From: Gammaproteobacteria bacterium
GTDB lineage: Bacteria; Pseudomonadota; Gammaproteobacteria; Pseudomonadales; JANQJO01
Length of the DNA: 60,257 nucleotides
Direction of reading: 5' to 3'
Assembly: GCA_037380725.1 (NCBI GenBank)
Contig: JARRRL010000023.1
Span: 1-60,257, forward strand
Positions 9,388-20,531 of the stretch are shown one piece after another. Each line of letters opens with the position of its first letter. The stretch's first letter is position 1. Position numbers and translations under genes: made by a program. Under the pieces are notes generated by a model, which was given only the letters and a program-made list of their open reading frames with translations, was not told where the DNA came from and searched no databases.

Positions 9388-10668
9388 TTACAGCTGCTGC
9401 CCCACCAGCAAACTTTGACGAAAATGGTCAAAGTCGATATTACATTTGGAAAGGTAACCACTCACAGTGATGAGCACGCGCACAACCGCGACAAATGAGC
9501 CCGGCATTTCAACCCGCCCATTGCGCAAGGTGGCGAGTAAGGCATCCAGCACCTCACCAAAGTCCGCCGCATTCTCTGTTTTACGGATCACCTGTGACAA
9601 TTGATTCATAATGTCGCAGGTGATCCCCTTGAACCCCGCCGAAGCCAAGTGCTCGGAAAACGCCGGCGACTGATAACCAAACAGCATGGCCAACAAGGCG
9701 TTAAAGGCTTGACGCTGCGCCGTGGGTAACTCACCGATCGCGCCAAAATCCAGCAGTCCCAATCGTCCCTCTGGCATCACCAGCATATTGCCAGGATGCG
9801 GATCAGCGTGAAACAAACCATCCATCGCAATGTGTCGTATGTATATCCGCACCATGCGCTCCAGCACCGTACACAACATTTTATCGTCAGGGGTGCAGGC
9901 TTTCCGCGACAAAAAATGAGACAATGGTTCGCCCTCAAGCCACGTCATGACCAGTACCCGATCACCGCTCATTTCTGGGTACACGGACGGGATTACCACA
10001 TCGGACACGACGGTCTTTGCCGCAAAGCGCTGAATGTTTCGACGCTCTGCGGACAAATCAAATTCGTACTGTGTCATTTCAATAAATTGCTCGGTCACCG
10101 CCACCCAATCCAAACCACGGGCCAAACGGTTAAACCCTTTCGCCAACAGGCGCAACACGCGCGCGTCGTGATTAAATCCCGTCTGCACGCCTGGCAATAG
10201 CACCTTGACCGCCACCCTCTCGCCGCATTGTAAGCGCGCTTTATACACTTGCGCGATCGACGCCGTATGCCGGGGTACGACGTCAAAGCACGCAAACTGG
10301 CTCTCCCATCGATTCCCCCACTGCTCGGTTAACACCGGATAAATCTGTTCAAACGGCACCGAACGCACGTTGGTTTGCAAGTGCGACAATTCATGGATAA
10401 ATTCCGGGGGTAACAAATCCGGGCGGCAACTGAGAAACTGGCCCACTTTAACCCAGGTACCACCGTTCTCCTGCAACAGACTCGTCAAAGATTTGGCCCA
10501 CTCAGCATAATGCTTCGCCAAATCCTCATGACGCTTTTCAGCATATACCGCCTCGTGTCGCCAGTAATGGCGCACCATTTCTTTTTCAATATCCACCAAC
10601 CATTTCACCATGCGTCCATAACGGTTCATCGACGCACCCAGCCCCTCCAGCACTACCGCAGGGTTCAT
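9388..10668 (-). CDS. ABC1/UbiB (AarF) family atypical kinase
   Basis: 426 aa. ASIAQVYKARL...VAVKVLLPG..., HADPHPGNMLV and LLDFGAIG are the ABC1 kinase motifs. 4-nt overlap with the gor stop. Confidence 0.85.
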   Translation of the reverse strand: MNPAVVLEGLGASMNRYGRMVKWLVDIEKEMVRHYWRHEAVYAEKRHEDLAKHYAEWAKSLTSLLQENGGTWVKVGQFLSCRPDLLPPEFIHELSHLQTNVRSVPFEQIYPVLTEQWGNRWESQFACFDVVPRHTASIAQVYKARLQCGERVAVKVLLPGVQTGFNHDARVLRLLAKGFNRLARGLDWVAVTEQFIEMTQYEFDLSAERRNIQRFAAKTVVSDVVIPSVYPEMSGDRVLVMTWLEGEPLSHFLSRKACTPDDKMLCTVLERMVRIYIRHIAMDGLFHADPHPGNMLVMPEGRLGLLDFGAIGELPTAQRQAFNALLAMLFGYQSPAFSEHLASAGFKGITCDIMNQLSQVIRKTENAADFGEVLDALLATLRNGRVEMPGSFVAVVRVLITVSGYLSKCNIDFDHFRQSLLVGQQL

Positions 10669-12065
10669 GTTTGCTCTCCAACGTGACTCCAGTCAACACG
10701 GCGCACGGGTACTCGCATGGTCACCAATTCCTCGGCCAAAGTCGGATGGATACCCACCGTACGGTGTAAATCCGCCAACGTGGCTCCCAGATTAATCGCC
10801 ACAGCAAAACCTTGCACTATTTCACCCGCGTCCGCCCCCAACACATGCAAACCAAGCACCCGCTGCGTTCGTTCACACACAATCAATTTACACAAACTTT
10901 GTTCATCACGACCACTGAGCGTGTTCTTCATGGGGCGGAAACGCGATACGTAAACCGCAATAGGCCCCCGTTCAGCCGCCGCCTGTTCCGTCAATCCGAC
11001 AGTCCCCAGATTTGGCTGGGAAAATACCGTAGTCGGAATCTGCATGTAATCCACCTCTGGCACGTCCGTCACGCCCTGTTCCCTCGCACCAAAGAGCAAC
11101 TGCGCCACGTACATCCCTTCCGCCAAAGCAACAGGCGTTAACGCCACTCGGTCGATCACATCACCGATCGCATAAATGTGCGGCACACTCGTCTGATACT
11201 GACGATTGACCGGAATCGCACCCTGATCGGTACACAGTACCCCCGCTGCCGACAGATTCAGCCCTGAGGTCAATGGACGCCGCCCCGTCGCGACCAACAC
11301 CACGTCAGCGGTTTGGCTTGCCATGCCTTCAAAGTCGATGATAAAGCCCGGAGCGACTGCGTGCACGGCTTGAGGATCATGTTTGGGCAATAAGCGTATG
11401 CCACGAGCCGCCATCTGTTGCGCCAACAGCTCGCGCACCTCATCATCAAAACCCCGTAAAATGTGTTCACCACGAAAAGCAAGCGATACCTCCACCCCTA
11501 AACCCGCCAGGATACCCGCCAGCTCCACACCAATGTACCCCGCTCCCACGACCATACAGCGCTCAGGCAGACGCGGTAAGTCAAAAAAGGCGTTGGACGT
11601 TAACACGTGCTCCCGCCCAGGAATATCTGGAACGTGCGGCCAAGATCCACTGGCGATCAACACGTGCTTTGTTTCAAGCACTTGATCGCCGACGCGCACC
11701 CGATGCGGTCCTTCAAACACCCCTTTTCCCCAAAAGCGGTCCACCTTATGCCGGTCCAGTAGGTTCTCATAAACGGCGTTTAAGCGTGTAATTTCTCGTG
11801 CGCGCTGTGTTTTCAGTGTTTCCCAATCAAAGGTGGGCGGCTGTGGAAACGACCAACCAAAGCCGGTAGCGTCTTCAAAACTATCCCTAAACTGCGCTGC
11901 GTACACATAAAGCTTTTTGGGCACACACCCCACATTGACGCATGTACCTCCATAATAGCGCTCTTCCACAATCGCCACGCGCGCACCATACTGCGCGGCC
12001 ATGCGGGCAAAGCGCACGCCTCCCGATCCAGCTCCAATGACCACAACATCGTATTGCATCACCAC
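10665..12065 (-). CDS. gor: glutathione-disulfide reductase
   Basis: YDVVVIGAGSGG..., redox-active GGTCVNVGCVPKK, second Rossmann VVGAGYIGVELAG, C-terminal GIHPTLAEE. Confidence 0.9.
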   Translation of the reverse strand: MVMQYDVVVIGAGSGGVRFARMAAQYGARVAIVEERYYGGTCVNVGCVPKKLYVYAAQFRDSFEDATGFGWSFPQPPTFDWETLKTQRAREITRLNAVYENLLDRHKVDRFWGKGVFEGPHRVRVGDQVLETKHVLIASGSWPHVPDIPGREHVLTSNAFFDLPRLPERCMVVGAGYIGVELAGILAGLGVEVSLAFRGEHILRGFDDEVRELLAQQMAARGIRLLPKHDPQAVHAVAPGFIIDFEGMASQTADVVLVATGRRPLTSGLNLSAAGVLCTDQGAIPVNRQYQTSVPHIYAIGDVIDRVALTPVALAEGMYVAQLLFGAREQGVTDVPEVDYMQIPTTVFSQPNLGTVGLTEQAAAERGPIAVYVSRFRPMKNTLSGRDEQSLCKLIVCERTQRVLGLHVLGADAGEIVQGFAVAINLGATLADLHRTVGIHPTLAEELVTMRVPVRRVDWSHVGEQT

Positions 12066-12591
12066 CTTCTATACCCCCCCATCACTCCGCTATCCTCTAC
12101 CACCATTCGTCTCCCCTCCGCCACCATCCATCAATGCATTAGCGCTGTCAAACCAGACTATCTGTTGATTTTACATGTTTTTTTGATCAAAGTGATGCAC
12201 CAAAAATCGGTCCTTATGCATGCATTTCCCTTTACAGGGCATTACACTCTCTTACTTATTAATAGCTCAGTGAAATTGATTGCTGTGTAAATTTCGAGCA
12301 TATTGGAGGCATGACATTGATCGCGGCTTCACACCTTACTTAATATGAGCGCCGCGAACACAGAATACAGTGTCAGAAGTTGACGGCATATAAATCGGAC
12401 GTAAATGTCTATTAGGCGTGTTTTGTTAATGGCATAATTGATAGCAAAACAGCACTATAGGCAAACCAGGAAACGTTCGTTTAGCATCGCTACCAGACGC
12501 ACGCGCCGACAACATAAAATGGCATCACCATTACCCATCACGGGCTAAAATGGTTAATATTAGAATATTTATTCTTCGGAGTACATGTAGC

Positions 12592-13222
12592 ATGCTGGTT
12601 CAGCACGACAACGCAAATACTCAGAACACCAATCGTCATTTAAAACCAATTTGCGGATACCGTCTTAACAAGCGAGTCGGTCATCTCTTTTCGCGCCAAT
12701 CGCTCATCATCAGTGTTTTCTACGCCTTCTTCACGCTTTTCAGTCATTCTGCTCAGGCGGCTGAAATATACATCTACGAAAATCAGTATGGCGAAAAGCT
12801 ATTTGCGGATCGCCCCCTGCATAAAACCGGTTATCGACTGGTGCGACGCCAAGGCTCAAACGACGCCAGCACCGGATCCAGCACTCATCAAAGCCGTCAT
12901 TCACGCTGAATCCGCTTTTGACCCCAACGCCACATCTCGTGTTGGCGCCCAGGGGCTGATGCAGCTCATGCCCGCTACCGCGCGCAGCCACGGCGTCACC
13001 AATTCCTATAATCCGGAACAAAATATCATGGGTGGCAGTAAATATTTGCGTTACCTGATGGACAAATACGACGGTAACTTGTCCATGGTGCTTGCGGCTT
13101 ATAACGCGGGTGAAGGGCGCGTCAGACAATACAACGGCATTCCGCCCTTTAAAGAAACTCAAAATTACGTCAAAAAAGTGATCCGCCTGCACCAAAAATA
13201 CACCGAAGCGCACGACGCTTAA
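12592..13222 (+). pseudogene. lytic transglycosylase (signal peptide + DUF4124-like + SLT domain) split over two frames
   Basis: Frame 1 (12550/12592-12909) gives signal peptide ...FTLFSHSAQA and AEIYIYENQYGEKLFADRP. Frame 2 (to 13222) gives the SLT catalytic region LIKAVIHAESAFDPNATSRVGAQGLMQLMP...AAYNAGEG. The two parts only join with a 1-nt shift between about 12812 and 12875. Confidence 0.7.
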
Positions 13223-13349
13223 GCAACCTTCGTCGATTTTTTTAATTATCTTTATTTTCAATATATTATAGATGTCGCCTTGTCACTTTAAACCAACAAA
13301 TAGGCATTTCGGGAGGTTATTTCATTCACATTCCTAAGCGGCGCACTTT

Positions 13350-13835
13350 TCAGTGTCCGCTTGAGCTTTTTGTTATTTCTTTTTCTTTGGCCAAATTTTT
13401 GCAAGCGTCTTGATTGCTTGTGAACACTAATTTTTTATAAAGAAGCCATTGATAAGACACTTCATCGCATACAACATAACGTTCCTCTTCCAAATATGTG
13501 CCGGTCAGATAGTGCAATACGTGGGGCAGTATAAACATTAACGAGACCCCCATTAAAGCACTTCTAGTAATACCCCTTGTTATTTTACTTGTAAGACTTC
13601 GCCTTAATACACCTTCGTAAAATATCGCGAAGGTCAATGAAGCCAATCCAATACCGGCTCCAAGCATATATAGTGAACCCTTATCGAAGTACACTGCTAG
13701 CGCTTTTGAGGAAATTGAATCTACAATGTCGTATGCACTCCATGCAAACCAAACGAAACAGGCCACCGTCATTAAGAGGAAAAGAAAGAAACCACTGTAC
13801 CTGGCTAAAGCGGTAGGACTACTTTGCGTACTCAT
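13350..13835 (-). CDS. small polytopic membrane protein (about 4 TM), family not recognised; low-GC gene
   Basis: ORF 13350-13871. Probable start MSTQSS (13835). Hydrophobic segments FFLFLLMTVACFVWFAW, LYMLGAGIGLASLTFAIF and ALMGVSLMFILP. Visibly AT-richer than its flanks. Confidence 0.5.
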   Translation of the reverse strand: MSTQSSPTALARYSGFFLFLLMTVACFVWFAWSAYDIVDSISSKALAVYFDKGSLYMLGAGIGLASLTFAIFYEGVLRRSLTSKITRGITRSALMGVSLMFILPHVLHYLTGTYLEEERYVVCDEVSYQWLLYKKLVFTSNQDACKNLAKEKEITKSSSGH

Positions 13836-13867
13836 ATTAGTAAGCCCTGGGCCTATTTGATAAAAAA

Positions 13868-15259
13868 TCACAAAGTACGATAATAACCGTTCAAGGCCGC
13901 CACCCGATACGCTTCCGCCATGGTGGGATAATTAAACGTCGTGTGGGTAAAGTAACGCAGCGAGTTCGCTTCCCCTTTTTGACTCATGATGGCTTGACCA
14001 ATATGAACAATCTCCGCCGCTTGATAACCGAAACAATGAATACCCAAAATCTCATACGTTTCACGATGAAACAAAATTTTCAGCATCCCCACCGTTTCAT
14101 TGCTCAATTGAGCGCGCGCTAAGGTTTTAAAATGGGCTTTGCCAATCTCATAGGGAATTTTTTCTCGAGTCAGTTCCTCTTCCGTTCTGCCTAATGAACT
14201 GATTTCCGGTAAGGTATAAATGCCAACCGGGACATTCGAGACGTAAAATTTATCCTCTGGGTGAGCAATGGCAGCCCCCACCGAGCGGCCTTGATCATAG
14301 GCCGCACTGGCCAAAGCCGGCCACCCCACCACATCACCCGCTGCGTAAATATGCGGCACGTTGGTTTGGTAATCCTGATTAACCTGAAGCTGCCCACGAT
14401 TATTGGCTTCCAAGCCAGCCAATTCCAAACTTAAAGTATCGGTGTTGCCCACTCGACCATTGCACCACAACATCGCGTCGGCTTTAATGCGTTTGCCCGA
14501 CTTCAGGTACAGCGTTATCTTGTTGTCATCGCCCTCGACCTGCTCGTACACTTCACCGTGTCGAATCACAACGCCCACTTCCCGCAGGTGATAACTCAGC
14601 GCTTCAGAAATTTCTTGATCCAAAAAATCCATCAGGTGTGCGCGCGTATCAATCAGCTCAACCCGCATGCCCAAACCACAAAATATGCACGCGTACTCAC
14701 AGCCAATCACACCCGCACCATAAATAATAATTTTTTTAGGATCGAAATCCAGCGACAAAATGGAATCACTGTCAAACAAACGTGGCAAATTAAAATCAAC
14801 ATTGGGGGGGTGATAAGGTCGCGATCCCGTACAAATCACGATGTTATTGGCTTTAAGCGTTTCCGTGACACCTTCACCTTGACACACTTCAAGGGTGTGC
14901 GGGTCCACAAAGCGCGCCTGGCCAAAATAGAGTTTTACCCGATTTTTCGCATAAAAAGACGTGCGCAAATCAACTTGCTTCTGAATCACAGCCTCAGCAC
15001 GCTTCAGAACGCGCGCAAAAGAAAAGTTACGCGGTTCGCCGATGTCTCGGAACATGTTGTCCGTATTAAAACGGATAATTTGCTGTACAGCATGACGCAG
15101 GGCCTTAGAAGGAATCGTCCCCCAGTGCGTACAGTTCCCCCCTACCGAACCCTGATCATCGACAACCGCTACCCGCAAGCCCTGTTTTGACGCTCGCATG
15201 GCGCACCCTTCACCAGAGGGGCCAGCACCGATAATCACTACATCGTACTGCGTGGGCAT
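13868..15259 (-). CDS. sthA: soluble pyridine nucleotide transhydrogenase
   Basis: [18 protein letters not shown]...[19 protein letters not shown]... follows the SthA/UdhA N-terminal pattern. 463 aa. Confidence 0.9.
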   Translation of the reverse strand: MPTQYDVVIIGAGPSGEGCAMRASKQGLRVAVVDDQGSVGGNCTHWGTIPSKALRHAVQQIIRFNTDNMFRDIGEPRNFSFARVLKRAEAVIQKQVDLRTSFYAKNRVKLYFGQARFVDPHTLEVCQGEGVTETLKANNIVICTGSRPYHPPNVDFNLPRLFDSDSILSLDFDPKKIIIYGAGVIGCEYACIFCGLGMRVELIDTRAHLMDFLDQEISEALSYHLREVGVVIRHGEVYEQVEGDDNKITLYLKSGKRIKADAMLWCNGRVGNTDTLSLELAGLEANNRGQLQVNQDYQTNVPHIYAAGDVVGWPALASAAYDQGRSVGAAIAHPEDKFYVSNVPVGIYTLPEISSLGRTEEELTREKIPYEIGKAHFKTLARAQLSNETVGMLKILFHRETYEILGIHCFGYQAAEIVHIGQAIMSQKGEANSLRYFTHTTFNYPTMAEAYRVAALNGYYRTL

Positions 15260-15363
15260 AATTCACGTCCTTCACTCACTCATTTTCTCACCCAAGCACC
15301 AGCGACCTCACCATACCGGTCTCGCACCGCTGCTCACATTAGCTCCAACAATTCGCCCGCCAC

Positions 15364-15603
15364 CTAGAGCGGATGGGCTAATTGACTGGCACGCGCCCGT
15401 TTCGCTTTTGCGTCATCGTTATCATCATCGCCATCGCAAGACCCCGTCGTCCGGCCACAGATTTTACACTCGCCGTTCAAGCCAATCGCATTTAAACCGC
15501 CACAAGAACCTTTTAACGGTTTCCGACCACACAGAACACCAACCGCCATGGCCGCAATCACAAACAACATCACAAACAGTGTAATACCAAAGATCACCAT
15601 CAT
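15364..15603 (-). CDS. nqrM: (Na+)-NQR maturation protein NqrM
   Basis: One TM (MMVIFGITLFVMLFVIAAMAVG) then a Cys-rich tail GSCGG...GECKICG...GSC. Sits directly downstream of apbE, as in other nqr loci. Confidence 0.8.
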   Translation of the reverse strand: MMVIFGITLFVMLFVIAAMAVGVLCGRKPLKGSCGGLNAIGLNGECKICGRTTGSCDGDDDNDDAKAKRARASQLAHPL

Positions 15604-15657
15604 CGTCGTCACACCTCTTCGTCTTAACACTTATTGGAAGTTGAATCGGACTTACAC

Positions 15658-16932
15658 TTAGTGATGCTGAATATAGTCGCGTGCCTGTGGTGTTATCGTT
15701 TCAGTATACGCACCATCGTCATCACGAGCGATAAAGATAACCGGCAGGCCATACCGTTCCGCCAACTTAGGTCCTTCAATTGGACCCGCCACAAGCAATG
15801 CCGTCGCCCACGCATCGGCCCACGCGGTGTGAAATGACCACTCGGATTCCAGTAATTTTAACGTTTGCTGGTTCAACCCTGGCTGGTTCAACCCTGGCTG
15901 TTTTAACCCTGGCCATTCTAACTCTGACAACTTCAACTTGGCCGGTGCCATGACCGTCGTGGATACCAAGTGATGCGTGACCGGTCGCCCTGTGCTCGGG
16001 TCAATCGTATGGGAATAGCGTTTGCCGTTGTATTCGAAAAAATTTCGATAATCGCCGCTGGTGGCAACCGCCGTATCTTGCAAGGCTACAATACGCTGCA
16101 CACGCCTCACACCCGCTGTTGGCGACTCCACCGCAATGCGCCATGGCTCGCCATTCGGCTTCACCCCACTCGCAAACACTTCTCCTCCCACTTCCACCAT
16201 AAAGCGGGTAAACCCCAAGTGGCGCAGTAAACCAACCACCTGATCCACACCAAATCCTTTCGCGATTGCCGACAAATCGACTGAAACCGGTTTCGATTTG
16301 CTCAATTGATACTGCACATGCGCTGAATCGATGGTCACACTTTGTAGTGTCAAAGACGTAAATCCAATACCTTGGCGTCGTGCTTCAATCTCACTATCGC
16401 TCGGCAGCGTCTCGCGTCGCCCTTGATTTCCAAACCCCCACAATTCAACCAAAGGCCCAACGGTGACATCAAAGCGCCCACCTGACATAACGCTCACTAG
16501 CTTGGACACGGTCAGCACCGCATAGGTTTCTCGTGACAGGTTGATCGGCTGATCCACACCCATTCGGTTGAATTGCGAAATTTCGGAGTCAGGCTGATAC
16601 GTTGACATCAACGCATTCACCCGCTCCAATCGATCGGTAATGCGCTGCGCCAACTCGTTTTTCGACACGGAAGATTCGTTTTTCGACACGGAAGATGGCG
16701 CAGAAGGAAATACTTTCACCGTGTAGCTGGTTCCCATTGTACTACCCGTGAACCGCCATCCTTCTGAATCGATGCGTGCCGTATCGTGCTCTGGAGACAG
16801 ATCCGCAACGGAGACCAGAGCTTCCGTCGCGGTTGAATCCATCGCTGAATCCATTACCGCGTGTCCATCACAACTGGTCAATATCAAATAGATCAACACG
16901 TAGCCAGCACGTCGAAACACAGAACGCATCAC
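15658..16932 (-). CDS. apbE: FAD:protein FMN transferase ApbE, with in-frame repeat insertions
   Basis: ATSGDYRNFFEYNGKRYSHTIDPSTGRP and ADAWATALLV motifs, lipoprotein-like N-terminus (LILTSCDG). 424 aa, longer than typical ApbE as I recall it (about 340-350 aa). Confidence 0.9.
   Translation of the reverse strand: MMRSVFRRAGYVLIYLILTSCDGHAVMDSAMDSTATEALVSVADLSPEHDTARIDSEGWRFTGSTMGTSYTVKVFPSAPSSVSKNESSVSKNELAQRITDRLERVNALMSTYQPDSEISQFNRMGVDQPINLSRETYAVLTVSKLVSVMSGGRFDVTVGPLVELWGFGNQGRRETLPSDSEIEARRQGIGFTSLTLQSVTIDSAHVQYQLSKSKPVSVDLSAIAKGFGVDQVVGLLRHLGFTRFMVEVGGEVFASGVKPNGEPWRIAVESPTAGVRRVQRIVALQDTAVATSGDYRNFFEYNGKRYSHTIDPSTGRPVTHHLVSTTVMAPAKLKLSELEWPGLKQPGLNQPGLNQQTLKLLESEWSFHTAWADAWATALLVAGPIEGPKLAERYGLPVIFIARDDDGAYTETITPQARDYIQHH
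15866..15914. repeat. tandem repeat, 3 x 15 bp, inside apbE (encodes PGLKQPGLNQPGLNQ)
   Basis: tgctggttcaaccct / ggctggttcaaccct / ggctgttttaaccct / ggcc. Confidence 0.95.
16656..16697. repeat. tandem repeat, 2 x 21 bp, inside apbE (encodes SVSKNES SVSKNE)
   Basis: cgtttttcgacacggaagatt / cgtttttcgacacggaagatg. Confidence 0.95.
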
Positions 16933-16979
16933 ACCCTCTTACTTACATTACAAACACGATCACAAACAGCAGGGCTTCT

Positions 16980-17021
16980 AAAAAATGGAAGGGCCTTACG
17001 AGATTTATCCCGTAAGGCCCT
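16980..17021 (-). terminator. intrinsic terminator after nqrF
   Basis: Minus strand: agggccttacg-ggataaatct-cgtaaggccct followed by tccatttttt. 11-bp GC-rich stem plus T-run, about 55 nt after the nqrF stop. Confidence 0.75.
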
Positions 17022-17074
17022 GAGACCCGAAAAGCCCTGAGAATTAGCTGCTAACACCTCACACAAATCACTGC

Positions 17075-18304
17075 TCAACCACCGAAGTCATCCAACATAA
17101 TGTTTTCACGCTCAACCCCCAAATCCTCAAGCATCTTAATGACCGCTGAGTTCATCATGGGTGGGCCACACATGTAAAACTCACAATCTTCAGGTGCGGG
17201 GTGATCTTTCAAATAATTTTCATACAACACTTGGTGAATGAAACCGGTGTAGCCCGTCCAATTGTCTTCTTCTTGCGGATCGGACAAGGCCACATACCAT
17301 TTAAAGTTCTCATTTTCAGCTTGTAACTCATCAAAATCCTGTACGTAGAACATCTCGCGCAAACTACGCGCCCCATACCAGAAAGAGACTTTACGCGTGG
17401 TACTCAAGCGTCGAAGCTGATCGAAGATGTGAGAACGCATAGGCGCCATACCCGCACCACCACCAATAAACACCATTTCAGCATCAGTATCTTTCGCAAA
17501 AAACTCCCCGAAAGGACCATACACGGTCAACTTATCGCCGGGTTTCAAACTAAATACGTAAGACGACATCTGCCCCGGTGGCAAACCTTCTGTGCGCGGC
17601 GGTGGCGTGGCGATTCGAATATTAAACTTCAACACCCCTTTCTCTTCGGGGTAGTTCGCCATGGAATAAGCCCGAATCACCGGCTTCGTTACCTTACTTT
17701 TCAGATCAAAGAACTTAAACCGATCCCAGTCGCCTCGGTATTCTTCTCCAATGTCGAAGTCTTTAAAATTCACCGTATGAGGCGGTGCTTCCAATTGTAC
17801 GTATCCACCGGCCCGAAAATTCACGTTTTCGCCTTCCGGAAGCTTCAACACCAGCTCTTTGATAAACGTGGCCACGTTGTCGTTCGAGAGCACTTCGCAT
17901 TCCCATTTTTTAACACCAAAGAAGGCTTCATCAATTTCAACTTCCATATCTTGCTTCACGGCCACTTGACACGACAAGCGCCAACCGTCTTTGATCTCGC
18001 CACGGGTAAAATGCCCTTCTTCCGTCGGTAGGATTTCCCCTCCCCCCTTGAGAACGCGCACCTTACATTGCGCACAGGTCCCTCCGCCGCCGCAGGCAGA
18101 GGATACGAAAATCTTCTTATCTGCCAAAGTGCCTAATAATTTCCCACCCACCGGTACATCGATGCCTTTCTCCGGGTCCCCATTAATGTCCAGATGGATA
18201 TTACCCACGCTGACCAAACGAGAACGGGCAACAAGAATAATCGCGACGAGACCCAATACCATTACGGTAAACATGGCCACACCCATCAAAATGGTTACAT
18301 CCAT
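17075..18304 (-). CDS. nqrF: Na+-translocating NADH:quinone oxidoreductase subunit F
   Basis: N-terminal TM, 2Fe-2S motif [12 protein letters not shown]...C, FAD/NADH domain RAYSMANYP...[12 protein letters not shown]. Start at MDVTIL (18304); the ORF extends to 18319. Confidence 0.95.
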   Translation of the reverse strand: MDVTILMGVAMFTVMVLGLVAIILVARSRLVSVGNIHLDINGDPEKGIDVPVGGKLLGTLADKKIFVSSACGGGGTCAQCKVRVLKGGGEILPTEEGHFTRGEIKDGWRLSCQVAVKQDMEVEIDEAFFGVKKWECEVLSNDNVATFIKELVLKLPEGENVNFRAGGYVQLEAPPHTVNFKDFDIGEEYRGDWDRFKFFDLKSKVTKPVIRAYSMANYPEEKGVLKFNIRIATPPPRTEGLPPGQMSSYVFSLKPGDKLTVYGPFGEFFAKDTDAEMVFIGGGAGMAPMRSHIFDQLRRLSTTRKVSFWYGARSLREMFYVQDFDELQAENENFKWYVALSDPQEEDNWTGYTGFIHQVLYENYLKDHPAPEDCEFYMCGPPMMNSAVIKMLEDLGVERENIMLDDFGG

Positions 18305-18439
18305 AACGCTTTCCCACACCCAATACGATACAACCCATCAAGACACGATGAAACGCGACCAGCCGCCTACGCATCATACGCACCCGTTTTTCACTGCTTC
18401 ACTTCACATTTTTTTCTGTCCCAACTGCGGATCGGCGAG

Positions 18440-19051
18440 CTACAGAGACACACCTGAAAAAGACATGAAACCCAACGACATCAGTCCCACCGTGATAAAC
18501 GTAATGCCCAATCCACGCAGTCCTTCTGGCACATCGCTGTATTTCAGTTTTTCCCGAACACCCGCCAACACCACGATCGCCAAGGCCCAACCGGCTCCAG
18601 ATCCGAAACCAAAGACCACACTTTCTGGAAAATTGTAATCCCGTTCAACCATAAACAGTGAACCACCCAGTATGGCGCAGTTCACTGTGATTAACGGTAA
18701 GAAGACACCCAAAGCGTTGTACAAGGACGGCACATACTTATCCAAAGCCATTTCCAGAATTTGCACCATGGCAGCAATAACGCCGATGTAACTCAATAAG
18801 CCCAAAAAGCTCAAATCTACGCCCGATACCCCTAACCAAGACAAGGCATCTTCTCGCAGCAAATAATTGTAAATAACATTATTAACCGGCACCGTAATGG
18901 TTTGCACCACCATTACCGCAATACCCAAACCCATTGCCGTCTTGATTTTTTTCGACACAGCAATGAAGGTACACATTCCCAAGAAAAAAGACAGGGCCAT
19001 GTTTTCGATAAAAACGGACCGAACCAACAAACTCAAATAATGTTCAACCAT
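18440..19051 (-). CDS. nqrE: Na+-NQR subunit E
   Basis: 203-aa polytopic RnfA/NqrE-type protein ([29 protein letters not shown]...). Confidence 0.95.
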   Translation of the reverse strand: MVEHYLSLLVRSVFIENMALSFFLGMCTFIAVSKKIKTAMGLGIAVMVVQTITVPVNNVIYNYLLREDALSWLGVSGVDLSFLGLLSYIGVIAAMVQILEMALDKYVPSLYNALGVFLPLITVNCAILGGSLFMVERDYNFPESVVFGFGSGAGWALAIVVLAGVREKLKYSDVPEGLRGLGITFITVGLMSLGFMSFSGVSL

Positions 19052-19080
19052 TGTTATTCTCCAGCACTGTTATAAACGGC

Positions 19081-19761
19081 TTAATGCGCCGTGTTCACCG
19101 GATGATGCGGCGGCGTGGCAATTTTAAATTCAGCGGGCTCCACTTGGGATTTCTTCCAGCTACGAAGTCCCCAAATAAAAAGTCCAATCAGAAAAAACGC
19201 ACTGGGAGGTAACAGAAGAAGACCGTTTGGCACATACCAGCCGCCATCTTTAGCCAAATGCAAGAAAGGCATCGCTACGCCAAACAACTTACCCGAACCA
19301 AACAATTCGCGCACGACGCCTAAGGCCAACAACATGGCGCTGTATCCCAGTCCGTTGCCGATCCCATCCAAAAAGCTCATGACCGGTCCATTTTTCATGG
19401 CGTAGGCTTCGGCACGCCCCATGACAATGCAATTCGTAATAATAAGACCAACGAACACCGACATCTGCTTACTGATTTGATACGCGTACGCTTTCAAAAA
19501 CTGATCCACCACAATCACCAGCGACGCAATAATTGTCATTTGCGCGATAATTCGAATACTACTGGGAATGCTATTACGCACCAAACTGATGGAAAAATTT
19601 GAAAACGCCACCACTAACGTTAACGCAATACACATGGCGACCGTGGTTTTTAGATTACTGGTTACCGCCAAGGCCGAGCAAATACCCAGTATTTGCAACG
19701 CGATGGGGTTGTTGTCAAAAATGGGTCCTAATAAAATTTCTTTCTTTTCCGACACGATCAA
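19081..19761 (-). CDS. nqrD: Na+-NQR subunit D
   Basis: [25 protein letters not shown]... is the RnfE/NqrD pattern. ATGA overlap with the nqrC stop. Confidence 0.95.
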   Translation of the reverse strand: MIVSEKKEILLGPIFDNNPIALQILGICSALAVTSNLKTTVAMCIALTLVVAFSNFSISLVRNSIPSSIRIIAQMTIIASLVIVVDQFLKAYAYQISKQMSVFVGLIITNCIVMGRAEAYAMKNGPVMSFLDGIGNGLGYSAMLLALGVVRELFGSGKLFGVAMPFLHLAKDGGWYVPNGLLLLPPSAFFLIGLFIWGLRSWKKSQVEPAEFKIATPPHHPVNTAH

Positions 19762-20531
19762 ACCCCCTTCTCTTGAACACGCTTCAAATACGGCCCATAA
19801 CCCAAATCACCGGCCCAAAAGCGCATAAGATTTTCCACGCCTCGGCTGGTCAAGGTCGCACCTGACAAAGCGTCAAACTTGTACTCACCCTCCGGTGTGC
19901 TCGCCGTGACAGAGCCCTTGTACATCCGGATGGCGGGATCACCTTGATCCGTCAAAAACTTTTTCCCTCGCCACTGCGCTTTCCAATTGGGATTATCCAC
20001 TTCACCACCCAAACCAGGGGTTTCAGCGTGCTCATAGAAACCCAAGCCCGCAACGGTAACCGCGTCCGACTCCAAGGCCAGAAAGCCATACAAGGTTGAC
20101 CAAAGACCATAACCCTTCACGGGTAAGATAATCCGAGTGACTTCGCCTGAATCGTTTTTCGCCAAATACACCACGCCCTGATTCGCGCGACGCTTAATGC
20201 TCGCCACATCTTGAGCGCTCGTAAGCCGTATGCTTTGATCCGGATCTGCAGCGGCGCGACGTTGATCGTACGTCGCCGGATCACGATCTTCCACGTACTC
20301 GCCCGTATCAAAATCCACCAAACGGATATCGATCTTTTTAAACGCATCCGCCACCGGCACGCCGGGCTTCAACAAGCCCGCCGCCGCCAAGATGTTCTTT
20401 TTGCGATCGAGTTCTTTGTTCTCCAACTGCTTGGGCTTAAGCAAAACCACGCTCAAAGACACCATAACCGAACACACCACACACAGTAAGAAAGTGACCG
20501 TTAGCGTCTTGCCAACCGTATCATTAGACAT
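19758..20531 (-). CDS. nqrC: Na+-NQR subunit C
   Basis: N-terminal TM plus the FMN attachment motif [12 protein letters not shown]. Start at MSNDTVGK (20531), overlapping the nqrB stop by 8 nt; the ORF extends to 20603. Confidence 0.9.
   Translation of the reverse strand: MSNDTVGKTLTVTFLLCVVCSVMVSLSVVLLKPKQLENKELDRKKNILAAAGLLKPGVPVADAFKKIDIRLVDFDTGEYVEDRDPATYDQRRAAADPDQSIRLTSAQDVASIKRRANQGVVYLAKNDSGEVTRIILPVKGYGLWSTLYGFLALESDAVTVAGLGFYEHAETPGLGGEVDNPNWKAQWRGKKFLTDQGDPAIRMYKGSVTASTPEGEYKFDALSGATLTSRGVENLMRFWAGDLGYGPYLKRVQEKGV

Noticed and set aside
14558-15190. 210-aa plus-strand ORF.
   Set aside because: It is entirely antisense to sthA, whose identity is unambiguous.
17429-18638. 200-aa and 215-aa plus-strand ORFs.
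   Set aside because: They are antisense to nqrF and nqrE, with R/H/P/T-rich translations and no motifs.
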